64,000 nucleotides of DNA from positions 8,060,001 to 8,124,000 of the forward strand of contig JBHGNT010000014.1 in assembly GCA_043228905.1 (NCBI GenBank), in the 5' to 3' direction. This DNA is from Azolla caroliniana. Taxonomy: Eukaryota > Plantae > Polypodiophyta. Made by a program: the position numbers and the translations under genes. A model generated the notes under the pieces. It was given only the letters and a program-made list of their open reading frames with translations, was not told where the DNA came from and did no database searches. Shown piece after piece: positions 1 through 11,672 of the stretch (position 1 is the stretch's first letter; the number at the start of each line of letters is the position of its first letter).

Positions 1-418
1 ACATGCTTTTTTTCTAATATGTTCATGCACACTAAATATGCATGTGATGCTTTTCTAATCCTTGCTTTTATTTGCTAAATATAGTGCTCATGCACGCTAG
101 ATGTGCACGAGTCACTTTTTAGTTGCTTGCGTTTTTTTTCTATAAAATATTCACACACTCTAAAAATGCATGATTTACCTTTTAATAAAGGTAGGCGCAA
201 ATAAAGCAGTTATAGTTATTAAATCTATTTATAGAACACTAAAGATAAGGTAGCATAATGGTAAAGTTGAGGTTTGGCTACGTGGAGGTACAGGGTTCAA
301 ATCCTGCCCTATGCACGTGATAAATATCTTGATATATTATTTTATTTATTTATATGTAATTAAATCGGTTATATTATTTTTTTACTTTTTCACGTAGTGT
401 ACGAAATACACTACGACA
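1..418 (-). mobile_element. 5' (U3) part of an LTR of the TGTCG...CGACA (Trp-primed) gypsy group
   Basis: Ends in CTACGACA at 418 (TGTCGTAG on minus), flanked by CCGT. Bases about 60-125 are the reverse-complement homologue of LTR sequence at about 57780-57860 (gcacatctagcgtgcat). The AT-rich layout resembles 62160-62358. Confidence 0.7.
251..304 (+). promoter_or_regulatory. tRNA-like Pol III A-box/B-box module inside LTR
   Basis: A-box TAGCATAATGG 251-261 and B-box GGTTCAAATCC 294-304; start-to-start spacing 43 nt. No full acceptor stem. Confidence 0.7.
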
Positions 419-446
419 CCGTATCGAGTTTCTATTTAATAAGAGT

Positions 447-493
447 GTTTTATACAGGAACTCGATACGTTGTATCGAGTTCCTGTATAAAAC
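447..493. repeat. Perfect 22-bp inverted repeat with 3-nt loop
   Basis: GTTTTATACAGGAACTCGATAC-gtt-GTATCGAGTTCCTGTATAAAAC, with an extra half copy GTATCGAGTT at 421-430. Confidence 0.9.
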
Positions 494-994
494 CCTCTTT
501 TTAAAAAGGAATATTGTGTCTTTGGGGGAACTTATTGATATATGTGTGAAAAGATACCAAATTTATGTCCAATTCAGACATTTTTAGCGAAATGTGTTAC
601 ATTTTGTAACATTTAGCACCCTTATTGAAACAAGTTGTATGACCTATAATAGCTTAAAATAATAGAAAATAACACACGAATTACCTTTATGATACCAAAT
701 TCAAACCTATCGTATTAAAATTCTCAACAATATGGGATATGGAATCAATATAAACCATACCTACCCTCCAATATGATACATAATCTTGTAAAATTATTAA
801 GATATAATCTTGTAAAATTATTAAGATATGCAATAAAGGTCTATCATGTTCATAGAAAATATGATGATTGATTTTTAGAGTTTAGCACAAGTCGCTTGCT
901 AGTTTTTGTCTTGATCTGGGTATGTATATTTTAATAGGTAACCTAAATCTAGGGAACCAACTAACTTATATTTTTGCAAGTCCTTTCTTAAATA

Positions 995-2849
995 GGTCGT
1001 TTGAGAACTTGTCGGACCGACCTGTGAAGAAAATCAAGCTCCGAATTCAGGGCTCTCCAATGGAGACCCAGAAACAAATAGTTCCTCAGAACATGAAGAG
1101 AGGAAAAAAGCTTCTCTTCAATGAGGAGACAAAATCTCAACCATCAGACAAAATTAGCGAAAAGGAAACGTTAGTTGCTATTGGTGGTGAGGACCTTCTT
1201 GACCGTGATCTAATGGACAAGGAATGGTGTATGCAATACATCGACTCCAAGAAAAAAGTCATGCTATATACGACAAAGAAGAAGGGCGACGGTCAGCTGG
1301 AAAAAGACACCACATTTATGTATGGCCGTATTTTACAATTTAACTACGAAGATTTAGATTTAGCCAACATTCTTGTAATGATAGAGTGCTCGAAGGGGGT
1401 ACGTAAAGTGTACCTTTCTGAAGATTGACTAGTAAAGGAATCTTGTGGGCTAGAATCTTTTAAAAAAGATCTACAAAGCTCACAAAATCTTATTGTCACC
1501 TTGAGGCCTTATATACAAGTCCATGTAACTCTAAGGGAGCCCTTTCCCTCCCCGGTGAAGGCCCCCAAAAGGGCATCTAAAGTGCAATCAAGACCAGCAA
1601 AAAAGAAGACCACTAAAATGTCAGACTCCGACTCATCAAGCTCAACTGAAGATGAGGACGCTAGGGGGACACTAGGTGCTGAGCTAGCATCTGGTGTGTT
1701 GTTATTCGAGCAGAATAAGATACAGAGAGAGTTAATGCAGCGCAAACTGGTGAGAAAAGAGCAAGTGTTTAATTTGCCTATAACACACATCCATCAGCCC
1801 CCCAGTAGATGTAAAAACAAGACGAAGACCACTTGAGATTAGAGAGCCACACCGAATGCATGTTCAGAATCTCAAGAAAAAAATGAAAATAAATACGCAT
1901 GCTACAATTGTGCCTTTCATTGTGATGGTAGATCCCGAAGAATGTTCCACAACTGAGAACTTCGACGTGAGAAAGCATGATCAATACAATTACTTTGTAA
2001 TTGGTGGATCACATTCGGCTGAAGCATGCCGACAACTTGTTAGAGAGCACCCAACAACTTTCTTCTTCAAGTATGCCGAGTGCAAAATATACGTGGGCCT
2101 CACAACTGAAGAGGAAAAGCTTTTGGCATGGGATCACAACAACGACAACGACTATAGGCCGAAAATGTCATCTATTGAACGGATAAGGTTCTTCCAGCAT
2201 GAATACTTGGATGTCAAACAAAAGTTTGGTGTGAAGCTACACCCCAGCCTACAACGTCAATGCCTTCATGAGGTTGGCATTGTGGTGGATGATGATGTTA
2301 AGTCGGATGGTCTTCGGAAATATGAGTCCTGCTTTCAACTTGCCTTTAGAGATGGAGAAGTATGGGACCTACAAGATCCAATCTTCTCAATGTGGGAGAA
2401 TAAGGAGGTCAAGGGTCAAAGACAAAAGAAATGTAAGGTAGACCCTCAGCTAGAATTAAAGTCACAAGCGGCCAAGAAAATTGATTTGACAATAGAAGAA
2501 GCGGCTGACGACATGAAGCTGTCTCTGTGGAGAGCAATGCAAGGTATTAAGGACAAGCAACTTCTTGTGTTTGTTTTGTCAAGGGATGTGGTGAAAGAAT
2601 TAAGCCTTGAAGAAATGGTCATTGAGTTCAATAAGTAAGTCTTTCAAATAGTGATATTGAATTCAATATGGTGCAATTGAAAGTTCTAATCTCGTTTTCT
2701 AATTTCACAGTCATAAGGTGTACATGAAGATCCAAGAAGTTATGATGAAACAACTTGGATGTATAACTTGGGAACAAGTGATCGAGGATTATCCTCTAAC
2801 GTCTTCATATAAGAAGTTATCCAAGTATTTTATTGCATTCAAGGATTGG
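995..2849 (+). pseudogene. Spliced gene remnant with ParB/Sulfiredoxin-like N-terminal domain; 3' truncated
   Basis: ORFs 922-1428 and 1501-1836 are one frame split by a TGA; frameshift near 1815 into 1856-2638. Motifs LPITHIHQP..RPLEIRE..HVQNLKK, YFVIGGSHSAEA, LLAWDHN..MSSIERI. GT-AG intron 2635-2710 joins in frame to exon 2711-2849 (HKVYMKIQEVMMKQLGCITWEQVIEDYP...KDW), followed by a GT donor at 2850. Confidence 0.65.
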
Positions 2850-2931
2850 GTTAGTATTGGTGTTTTTCATTAAGTTTTCCTCATATGTAAAGGTTGTGTT
2901 AAGGATACACATGATTTCCTGACATCCTTCC

Positions 2932-3408
2932 TTGCGCATCTCGAGAGAGCCAGAAAAGGATTATGCGGATCGTCATCAGCTTCCATCCAGTTTTAACATT
3001 GGAGATCGGGTATGGCTATTACGACGACACGTCAAGACTACTCGCCCATGCGATAAATTGGATTACCGGCGATTGGGTCCTTTACGTATTATCGGAAAAA
3101 TTAATGATGTCGCTTTTCATCTCGATCTACCTCCGCAACTATGGATACATCCAGTATTTCATAGTTCTCTTCTAGAACCCTATAAGGACAACACTATCCT
3201 AGGTCGTATCAAACCACCTCCACCTCCGATCGAACTTGAAGTTGGACCTGAGTACGAGGTTGCCACCATTCTCGATTCCAAGATTGTTCGCAACAAGCTC
3301 TACTATCTGGTCGATTGGCTAGGATATGGCCCTAGCGAGCGTACTTCGGAACCAATAGAGAATGTGACCAATGCTCGTGCTCTTCTTGAAGACTTGCATT
3401 GTCAATAT
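2932..3408 (+). pseudogene. Chromovirus (Tcn1-like) integrase C-terminus with chromodomain
   Basis: GDRVWL..KLDYRRLGP..IHPVFHSSLLEPY (GPY/F module), then EYEVATILDS..YYLVDWLGYGPSERTSEP (chromodomain). Confidence 0.9.
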
Positions 3409-6040
3409 TGTTGAGAAATCGTTGCAGAAATTTAATTCACAATGAAGGAACTACGCGCTGAAATACGAATCACACAACCTGCCAAGAAAAACAAGACACA
3501 CACAACAGATGGTGCACAGAGATTTACGTGGAAACCCTAAAACGGGAGAAAACCACGGGAACAGAACTTCACTATACAAATAATGGATATACAATAGCAA
3601 GAAGGTTACAACACTCTGTCGAGTGTATCAGCCACACAGGGCTCTTTGCGTCTGCTGTTACAAACACAGCTATGGCGTGGCTCACATTACTCTCTCTCTC
3701 ACACGCTCTCTTGCGTTCTTCTATTCTGCACATACACAGTTTTCTGTTCATCACTCTACATCCATCGTTAACTAAAAGTTTGCCCTAGTTGCATATATAC
3801 TTACGCAACTTTCTAGTTATTTACATACGTAGCCCTCATGGGGCGCACACTGAGACTATTTACAAGTATAGTCTCCTGAGTTGGCTATTTGCACGATTCC
3901 GGTTTCAGCCTCGGTTGAGTTCCTCATAAACTCGGCTCCTGTCTTCCAACTCTTCAATTGTCGGCTTTCTGAATAGTCAGATCATCCTCCCACTAGAGGG
4001 ACATATTCCCAACAAACTCCCTCTTCACTCCTGTGGGAGGAAATCTGTCAGTCCTGTATTTTGTCGACAGACTTTGAGTTTATCCATAGGTAGGTTCTTC
4101 GTCAGCATGTCATATCCATTGTCATCGGTATGGATCTTCACAAGTGAAAACCCTCCTTCTTCGACTCTCTCCCCCAACCAGTGATACCTTCTCTGTATGT
4201 GCTTGGTCCGAGAGTGGTATGCCGCGTTCTTGGCTAGGTGTATGGCGCTTTGACTGTCACAGTGAAGCAAGAACTCCTTTTGCTTCATGCTTAGTTCGGT
4301 GAGAAAATTTCTCATCCAGATCAACTCTTTTCTAGCCTCTACCGCTGCCATATACTCTGCCTCTGTAGTCGACAAGGCTATAGACTTCTGCAGTCGTGAC
4401 TGCCACGACACTGCCCCCCCTGCATAGGTCATCACGTACCCTGATGTGGATCGCCTTGAGTTGGTATCTCCAGACATGTTTGAATCGGTAAAACCTTCCA
4501 GTATAGGTTTTTCGACACCATACCTTAGGCACACCTCCGAGGTGCCTTTCAGGTACGTGAATATCCATTTCACTGCTGCCCAGTGTTCTCTCCCTGGATT
4601 ACTCATATATCGGCTTAATTCTCCCACAACAAATGCTATGTCCGGACTCGTACAGACCATAGCATACATTAGACTACCGACAGCTGAGGCATATGGTACC
4701 TTCTATATCTCAGCCTTTTCCTTCTGCCCTTTCGGACACTGCTTCGTATTCAATCTGCAATTTGTCGGCAACAGTGAGCCGACCGGCTTTGCGTTCGACA
4801 TGTTGAATCTTTCTAGGATCTTTGTCACATACTTCTGTCATGACAACCGTAGCACCTTCTGAGCTCTGTCTCGGGTTATGTGCATTCCTAGGATTTTCTT
4901 TGCTGGTCCAAGGTCTTTCATGGCAAATGATTTGCCGAGAGCTTTCTTCAAGCTTCCAATATTCCTTGCATCTTGGCCGACTATCAACATATCATCAACA
5001 TATAGCAAGAGAACAAGAAATCTCCTTCTTCGTACCTTTTTACGAACACACAGTGATCGGCCTGTGTTTTCTAGAACCGATGTTCCACCATGAAGGACTC
5101 GAATTTCTTGTACCATTGGCGTGGAGCTTGTTTCAGGCTGTTCAAGCTTTTCCTCAATCGACACACCAGACTCTCTTTCCCTTTCTCCTCAAAGCCTTCA
5201 GGTTGCTGCATGTAGATTTCTTCTTCTAGCTCCCCGTGCAGAAATGCGGTTTTGACATCCAACTGTTCGATCTCCAGATCCATGCTGGCCATTATGCTCA
5301 GAACAGTTCGAATCAATGTCATCTTCACGACTGGTGCGAATATTTCGTCAAAGTCGACGCTCGTCTTCTGTTGGAAACCCTTCACCACTATGTGAGATTT
5401 ATACCTGGGCTCGCTGTCGACAAGTCTACTAGGTCGTAGGTGTAATTCACGTGCAAGGATTCCATCTCTTGCATCGTGCTCAGCCATTTTTCTTTGCTCT
5501 CGTCGGCAATGGCTTCTTCATAGCATTCCGGTTCACAGTCATTAGTCAAGAGGATGTATTGACTGGCATATGTAATCAGTGCCTTCCTTTCTCTGAGTGG
5601 GTACCTTCGTCCACTCGCTGTTGGCTCTTTTCTGGAGGTCTTTGCAAACTCTTCCCTTTGCTCGGGATTCTACTCATCAATCAACATCTCTAGGTTGGAC
5701 AACTCCAACTCATATTCCTCAATTGGTTTTAGCAGGTCTATCAACTCATAGTCTGTCGGTCTTTCCGAGTCGACCGACTCAGATTCGGCTCTGTCGGCTA
5801 GCTGTCTCCTTACAACTATTGGTGACGACTCACTTGGCCTTAAGTCGATGGTAGTCGTGGTTGACTGGGGAGTTGGTTCCGACTTCTGTTGCTTCCAGTC
5901 TTCAATTGTCTTGTCTTCTAGAAAGACTACATCCCAACTTCTCACTACCTTCTTGTCGACTAGGTCCCATAGCCTGTAGCCGAACTCATCTTCTGAGTAT
6001 CCCATGAATATGCATGCTCTCGACTTGCTATCGAGCTTTG
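3409..6040 (-). mobile_element. Decayed Tnt1/Tork-like copia, 3' half (INT end, RT, RNase H, 3' LTR 3409-4014)
   Basis: LDSKSRACIFMGY, LDVKTAFLHG, LLLYVDDML and RNase H LHCDSQSAI in broken ORFs; PPT next to 4014; TG..CA LTR; flank AATAT at 3404-3408. Confidence 0.92.
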
Positions 6041-6477
6041 TGTTACCGATTAGGAACACGGTCTGCGGTCAGTCCTTCGACCTAGACCTCCAAGTGGTTG
6101 TGGAACAACGAATAGGCGTCTATGCGTAATGCGTAGGGGAATGTTCCCTGTATTTTATCAGCGTATAAGGGAGACGGCTACAACCGACTCCTTAGCAATG
6201 GTTACACTTACGTTCTTACACGCTCAGGTATTCCAGACACATAGTAGATTAGCCGTAGCTATACACAGACTTTCAGAGAAGATAGAATTCTATTATGATA
6301 CGTTTCTTTACATTCCAAAATTACATGCGCCCTCTATCAGAGGTTTTCTACCCTTTATATACACAGGGTCTATTTAGCCGTTCACGCTTCCTGCGTGAAC
6401 CGTTACATGCGTTATGATCTTATATTATTTCTTATTCCTATGCTCTTGTCCGTCGGTTACTATTCCGGCGGACAACA
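6041..6477 (-). repeat. 3' LTR of tRNA-Arg-primed gypsy element
   Basis: 437 bp, reverse-complement match to 24225-24662; TSD CAAAG (CTTTG at 6036-6040). Confidence 0.93.
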
Positions 6478-6479
6478 CC

Positions 6480-6496
6480 TGGCACGCCTGTGCGAC
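6480..6496 (+). promoter_or_regulatory. Inverted tRNA-Arg PBS-like motif at the PPT position
   Basis: TGGCACGCCTGTGCGAC lies 2 nt (CC) inside the 3' LTR and is antisense to the element; no purine run at this junction. Confidence 0.8.
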
Positions 6497-6586
6497 AGTG
6501 CCCTGACACGTCGAACCCATCCCGTTAATCTTCTATTATGATACGTTGTTGCGTTATTACGCGCGTGCGTGTAGAAGGGCGGGACC

Positions 6587-6867
6587 GTGGTTTTGTGTAC
6601 ACGTTTTTGTTCGTTTGTTTCCTACGGAATATTGAATATGAGAAAGAAACATAGAACATCTAAAGCACTTAGTAGTAGCTTTAGTGGTAAGGTAATTGCC
6701 TCTTACCTTAGAGGTGCAAGGTTCAAATCCTACTTGCAACCCTCTACATGCACTCAATGCCATTGTGACCTAGGTTTATTTATTTTCATTTTTACAAGTA
6801 TTCGTGAAATGTGTGTGGATCCTCAATTTTTGAGTTTTTCTCGCACTAGACATGCCACATCACGACA
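6587..6867 (+). mobile_element. 3' end of a foreign LTR nested in the 3' LTR of element #1
   Basis: Absent from the sister LTR; ends CTAGACATGCCACATCACGACA, homologous to the terminus at 61122 (TGTCGTGACGTGGCTCGCCTAG). Confidence 0.75.
6676..6730 (+). promoter_or_regulatory. tRNA-like A/B-box module inside LTR
   Basis: TAGCTTTAGTGG ... CCTCT-tacctt-AGAGG hairpin ... GGTTCAAATCC; spacing 44 nt. Confidence 0.7.
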
Positions 6868-8781
6868 ACGCACACACACACACATGCTGACCCGCCTCGT
6901 GCCCTTATGTACAGGAAACGCAGGAAAGGGGAAACACCCAACACGAACATAGACGCGAATATACACAGACAGACGCAACATATTATAAACAGAAGAATAC
7001 ATTCCCGGCTTCGAGCCGGGCTGAGGTAGGTTACAGTAGTCATCTGCTGCCAAGCCGCCGTCGGGGAGCTCTCAGCTCATCGCGCCAAGCGGGGTCTTGC
7101 ACAGGAGATGAGCTGCAGCGAACCCTAAGCGAACATGAAGGAGAAGAAGAAGAAGAAGCTAACTCTAAACCTAACGGTATACCCTCTAATGCAAAATGGG
7201 CAACCCCTCCACAAAGGGCGATCCCTTCCTTTTATAGAACAAGGAGAGGGATGCGTTACAATGTGGGACAAATCCCGACTTTCATGGGATCGTCTGTCCC
7301 GACTTGACTACTCTTCGGCGCCATAAAGGCGCCCTCGATATTCACACTAAATGTACATGGGTGCGTACACACGCTGCACCCCGCCGATGTAGCCAATGTT
7401 TCCCGGTTTTCGCCTCTGGCCGAAATTCTTCACGACATCCGCCCCCACCTAACAACACGTCCACCGGTACGTGCCAATCTGGTTAAAGGGTGAGAAATTT
7501 CGGCCGGTGAGAAACCGGTCTCCCGTGATCCACATCTCAGCTCACTACCGGTTTGATCCGTCGGCTTCGAGTCTTCCTTCGCGCTCGCCTCCCCGTAGGC
7601 TCGTTCGACCCGTCGATGGGTCCTCTGCCGCAATCTCCGTAGTACGCGTTCTTCCGTTGGCCCTTGTTCGGCCGTATGAACGCCCCGCTTCCCGCCGTAT
7701 GCCCGATGTCCTCTGCTTGAGGCATGCCCGTGGCAGCCCGCTTGGCCTCCGTTGTCGAATCGTGATGTCCCGATGGTGTTTTGCGTCGCCTTCGTCCTTC
7801 CGCCGCCACCTTCCTTCTCCATGGTCTTACATCGCCGCGTCGGCTCGAACCGCCATGGTCTCCGGAACGGTGTGGAGGATCCCTTTCAGACGTTCTCCGC
7901 GCTCGCCTTCCCGCTCCGGCACCCCCCCCATGTGCCACATACCCTCGTCCGTTGTTTGGCACCGCCTGTGCCGCGCTCCGGTTCATTGCTCGTCTTGTCG
8001 GCCCCCTTTCCGGCCAGATTGTGCATCGCCTCTCACCCGTATACCGGTGTTCTTTGTATCTGAGGAACACCCCGTACTAGCCCGCTTGGCCCTTCTCGTC
8101 TTCGTGCTGCTGCAATAGGTCCTGAGTCTTCCGCTTGCCGTCGTCCCCTCGCCCCCACTAGCTTCTCATCCTGGCTTGCCGTGTCAGTCTTCGTTACTTC
8201 GACGAAGCTACCAGGATCTACGAAGCGAGTGTGGAGGATCCTCCTTCGACCTCTCTTGCCATCCCTTGACTCCGACCCTGTGCAGTCCACTAGGCACTTG
8301 TCACGTCGTTCCCGACACCTCCCTTGTGCCGTCTTCCGCTTCCTTTGTCACGCTTCGATCCGGCCCGCGATGGCCACTTGCGAGACTCTTGTTCTGTCCA
8401 AGGTGTGCCTTTCCGGCTTGACACACCTCTCTGTGTTTGCCCTTATCGGCTTCTTCCGAAACCTCGTGTTGTCGGGTCCCGTTCCCTGCCGCCACCGTCC
8501 TCCCTTGGTCTCACGTTGCCACGTTGGCCGAACTGCCGGAGCCTCCGGATCGGTGTGAGGGTCCCATAAGACCTGACTCCGTTTCTATGCTTGCCGAAAT
8601 TCGGGTGTCTTTTGTTTGAGTCCCTCCCGGACTCTCCTTGTGTCTTCCGCGTAGCCGGGTCCTGTTTCCCGCCGCCACCTTCCTTCTCCCTCAGTCTTAC
8701 GTTGCCACGATGGCAGAACAGCCGGAGTCTTCGGAACCGGTGTGGGGATCCCGTAGGACCGGACTTCCTTACGCCCATTGT

Positions 8782-8999
8782 CTTCGTCACCTCGCCTCCA
8801 CCGTCAGTATCTTGGTCTTACGTCGACCGCGTTGTCGACTGCCGAAGTCTCTAGATCCGGTGTGAAGGATCCTCCGTAGACCGCCCATCCGTAGCCCTTG
8901 CCTTCGTCACCTCGCCGCCACCGTCAGTATCTTGGTCTTACGTCGACTGCGTTGCCGACTGCCGAAGTCTCTAGAACCGGTGTGAAGGATCCTCCGTAG
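8782..8999. repeat. 120-bp period tandem duplication within a degenerate internal repeat array
   Basis: 8782-8879 and 8902-8999 are near-identical; related degenerate units recur from about 7800 to 9700. Confidence 0.85.
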
Positions 9000-9403
9000 G
9001 CGTTCATCACATTCTTGACCCTATCCCGGGTCATCCTTTTCCTCATGCCGAGAGGGCGGTTTACTCTGCACCCTCTCCTGTGGTACCGACGTACCGTGTC
9101 CTCGGCCTCTTTGTAGGCCTGCTCTCTTCCTCCCTCCCGGAATGGTCATCCGGGAGTCCGCTCCGCCCGGTTCTCGTCCGGGTCCGTTCGTCCTTCTCCG
9201 GATTGCCGAGTCCCGTTCTCCTGTCGCCACCGATCTCTCTTATAGGACTCACGCCGGCTCTCGGGCCTGCAGCCGGATCGGTGTAAGGAATCCCATAGGA
9301 CCGGCTTTCATTCTCTTTCCAAATCTCGACCTTCGCCCAATCAATCTTTCTCCCCATGTAAAAGAGGGCGGCTCGTCCCGCACCCCCTTTCGTATCGGCC
9401 CCT

Positions 9404-10830
9404 TCATGCCGAATCCGGGCCCGATCGAACGATCCACGACCGGATCACGCTCCACCCGTATCGGAATGCTGATCCGCTCGTGCCGTGTCCGTCCTCGGCC
9501 TCCTCACAGGCCATTTCCCATCTGTCTTCGCTGGCATCGTGCCAGGACTCCTCAGTACCGCCATCCATCTCCTCGGTCTTACATGGGCATACGGGCCAAA
9601 TTGCCGAGTTCTCCGGAATCGGGTCCGTGGGCTTTCGTCCGCTCCTTCCCCGTATCGTCTCGCCGGTGATTCTTGGTCTATCACCGTCGCCTTCCTCTGC
9701 TTGGGACTCATGTGGACACTCAGGCCCGACTGCCATCGTCTCGGGAGCAAGTGTGGGAAGACACAAGGAATCGCCCGTCCGTTCTTCGCCCTTGTCCGTA
9801 GCCACCGACTCTTCGTGGTCGGCGGTTGTCTTCTTACAGATCACGCAAGCTCCGTCTGGGCTTGCTTCTCCAATGCCCGGGATCTCGGGCTGACACGCCC
9901 GAAACCGCTGGTCCCAACGTTCCGGTTCCGCAATCTGTATCTCGGCCTCGTCCTTGGCCGTTCTATCTCCGCAAGTCGAGAGGGCGTTTCGTTCCGCACC
10001 CTCTCCTGTGGTACCGTCGTACCGATCTTCCGCCGTCGCGTGGGGCAAGTTCGTCTCCTCGGTCTCAGCTTCTGGCCTCGATCCTCCCTCTTCCTCGAGC
10101 ATCACTTTGAGTGTTGCGTACGCCTCCGCAATCCTGGCCCCAACGCCGACCCTTGCCGACTCTCTTTGCCATTCGGCCTCTTCCCGCTGTGATGGCACGC
10201 CGTCGCATACCTTCCTCTTAGCCTTCTCGGCTCGCTCGTTGTCTAGCCTTTGGCACACCCTTCCGACCTTCGACCAATCCTCCGTAAGCCCATTCCCTCC
10301 ATCATCGTCTTCGAGCTCAATCCCGATGGCTTCCCGTTCCGTTCCGTCGATCGACCTGACGAACAAAAGGACTTTGTCCGCCCCCACCAAACCTTGTTCC
10401 CGCTCTGGGAGCCGAGCAAGTCGTCGCTCGCCTTCGTCGCACCCCGGTGGGTCTTTGCCGATGCTACCCACTGGTCGAAGTCGTGCCGTTCCCGGCTCTT
10501 CCGCCGTCCTCTGTATGCCTTCAGGAGCGCCTCTTCGAAGGCCTCCCACGAACTATGAGCCTCACGAAGCTCCTTTACTTCCGCATGCATCCGGGCAGCT
10601 ACGACCCGACCGAAGAACTCCAGCCTCAACGCCTTGCCTACGCCACGCTCCTCCATTTCCGCATTGTAGGCTTCCAAGTAAGATGGGACTTTGTCCCCGT
10701 TGAAACAGCCGACTCTTTCGACCACTCGCTCAACCGCTTGTTGCGCTGCTTCTCGCCTCATCACCACTTGTGCCGACTCCAAAACCACTTTGGTCACCAT
10801 CTCCGCAAGGTCGTTGTCTTCCGACTCCAT
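9404..10830 (-). pseudogene. Gag capsid-like domain fused to long acidic low-complexity tail (frameshifted)
   Basis: ORFs 10243-10830 and 9404-10549 (VGCFNGDKVPSYLEAY; DKVLLFVRSID..GLTEDWSKV) align with the gag at 55424-56944. A 13-nt deletion near 10430 relative to element #2 causes the frameshift. Confidence 0.85.
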
Positions 10831-10846
10831 CCTCCCTTTCCGCCTT

Positions 10847-10863
10847 TCACGTCGGGTTCACCA
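10847..10863 (-). promoter_or_regulatory. Primer-binding site, tRNA-Trp
   Basis: TGGTGAACCCGACGTGA, complementary to the plant tRNA-Trp 3' end (recalled as TCACGTCGGGTTCACCA); 4 nt from the LTR. Confidence 0.85.
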
Positions 10864-11159
10864 AATATGTCGCGTTATTACGCGCGTGCATGTAGAAGGG
10901 CGGGACCACGAGGGTCTTGGACTAGGGAGTGTTGGAGCGTAGGAAGTCGGGCTTCACCGTTCCCGGGGCATCTTAGAAGCATACCGGAAGCGACCGAAGG
11001 GAGAGAGAGAAAGAGAGGGAGCGCGCATTTAACACCGACTCACGCACACACACGCACGCACACACACATGCCGACCCGCCTCGTGCCCTTATGTACAGGA
11101 AATGCAGGAAAGGGGAAACACCCGACACGAACATAGACGCGAATATACACAGACAGACG

Positions 11160-11163
<4 letters not shown>

Positions 11164-11218
<55 letters not shown>
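11164..11218. repeat. (AT)n microsatellite in one LTR only
   Basis: Long AT run; the sister LTR has CATATTATAAAC at about 6979-6990. Confidence 0.95.
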
Positions 11219-11224
<6 letters not shown>

Positions 11225-11672
11225 AGAATACATTCCCGGCTTCGAGCCGGGCTGAGGTAGGTTACAGTAGTCGTCTGCTGCCAAGCCGCCGTCGGGGAGC
11301 TCTTAGCTCGTCGCGCCGAGCGAGGTCTTGCACAGGAGATGAGCTGCAGCGAACCCTAAGCGAACACGAAGGAGAAGAAGAAGAAGAAGCTAACTCTAAA
11401 CCTAACGATATACCCTCTAATGCAAAATGGGCAACCCCTCCACAAAGGGCGATCCCTTCCTTTTATAGAACAAGGAGAGGGATGCGTTACAATGTGGGAC
11501 AAATCCCGACTTTCATGGGATCGTCTGTCCTGACTTGACTACTCTTCGGCGCCATAAAGGCGCCCTCGATATTCACACTAAATGTACATGGGTGCGTACA
11601 CACGCTGCACCCCGCCGATGTAGCCAATGTTTCCCGGTTTTCGCCTCTGGCCGAAATTCTTCACGACAATGT

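Larger units (their letters stand above)
6547..11668 (-). mobile_element. Non-autonomous gag-only LTR element #1 (TR-GAG-like, tRNA-Trp primed)
   Basis: LTRs 6547-7437 and 10868-11668; PBS 10847-10863; G-rich PPT AGGTGGGGGCGGA next to 7437; 4-bp TSD ACGT/ATGT; no RT, INT or protease motifs in the 3.4-kb interior. Confidence 0.9.

Noticed and set aside
251-304. A/B-box modules as functional tRNA genes
   Set aside because: Acceptor stems and canonical anticodon loops cannot be formed; reported only as tRNA-like modules.
1856-2638. Bacterial parABS locus or contamination
   Set aside because: Gene has GT-AG introns, no parA, and is embedded among plant retrotransposons.
7430-11136. Many overlapping plus-strand ORFs in GC-rich regions (also 14398-18576, 41000-44400)
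   Set aside because: Antisense shadows of GC-rich or repetitive TE sequence with no domain motifs.
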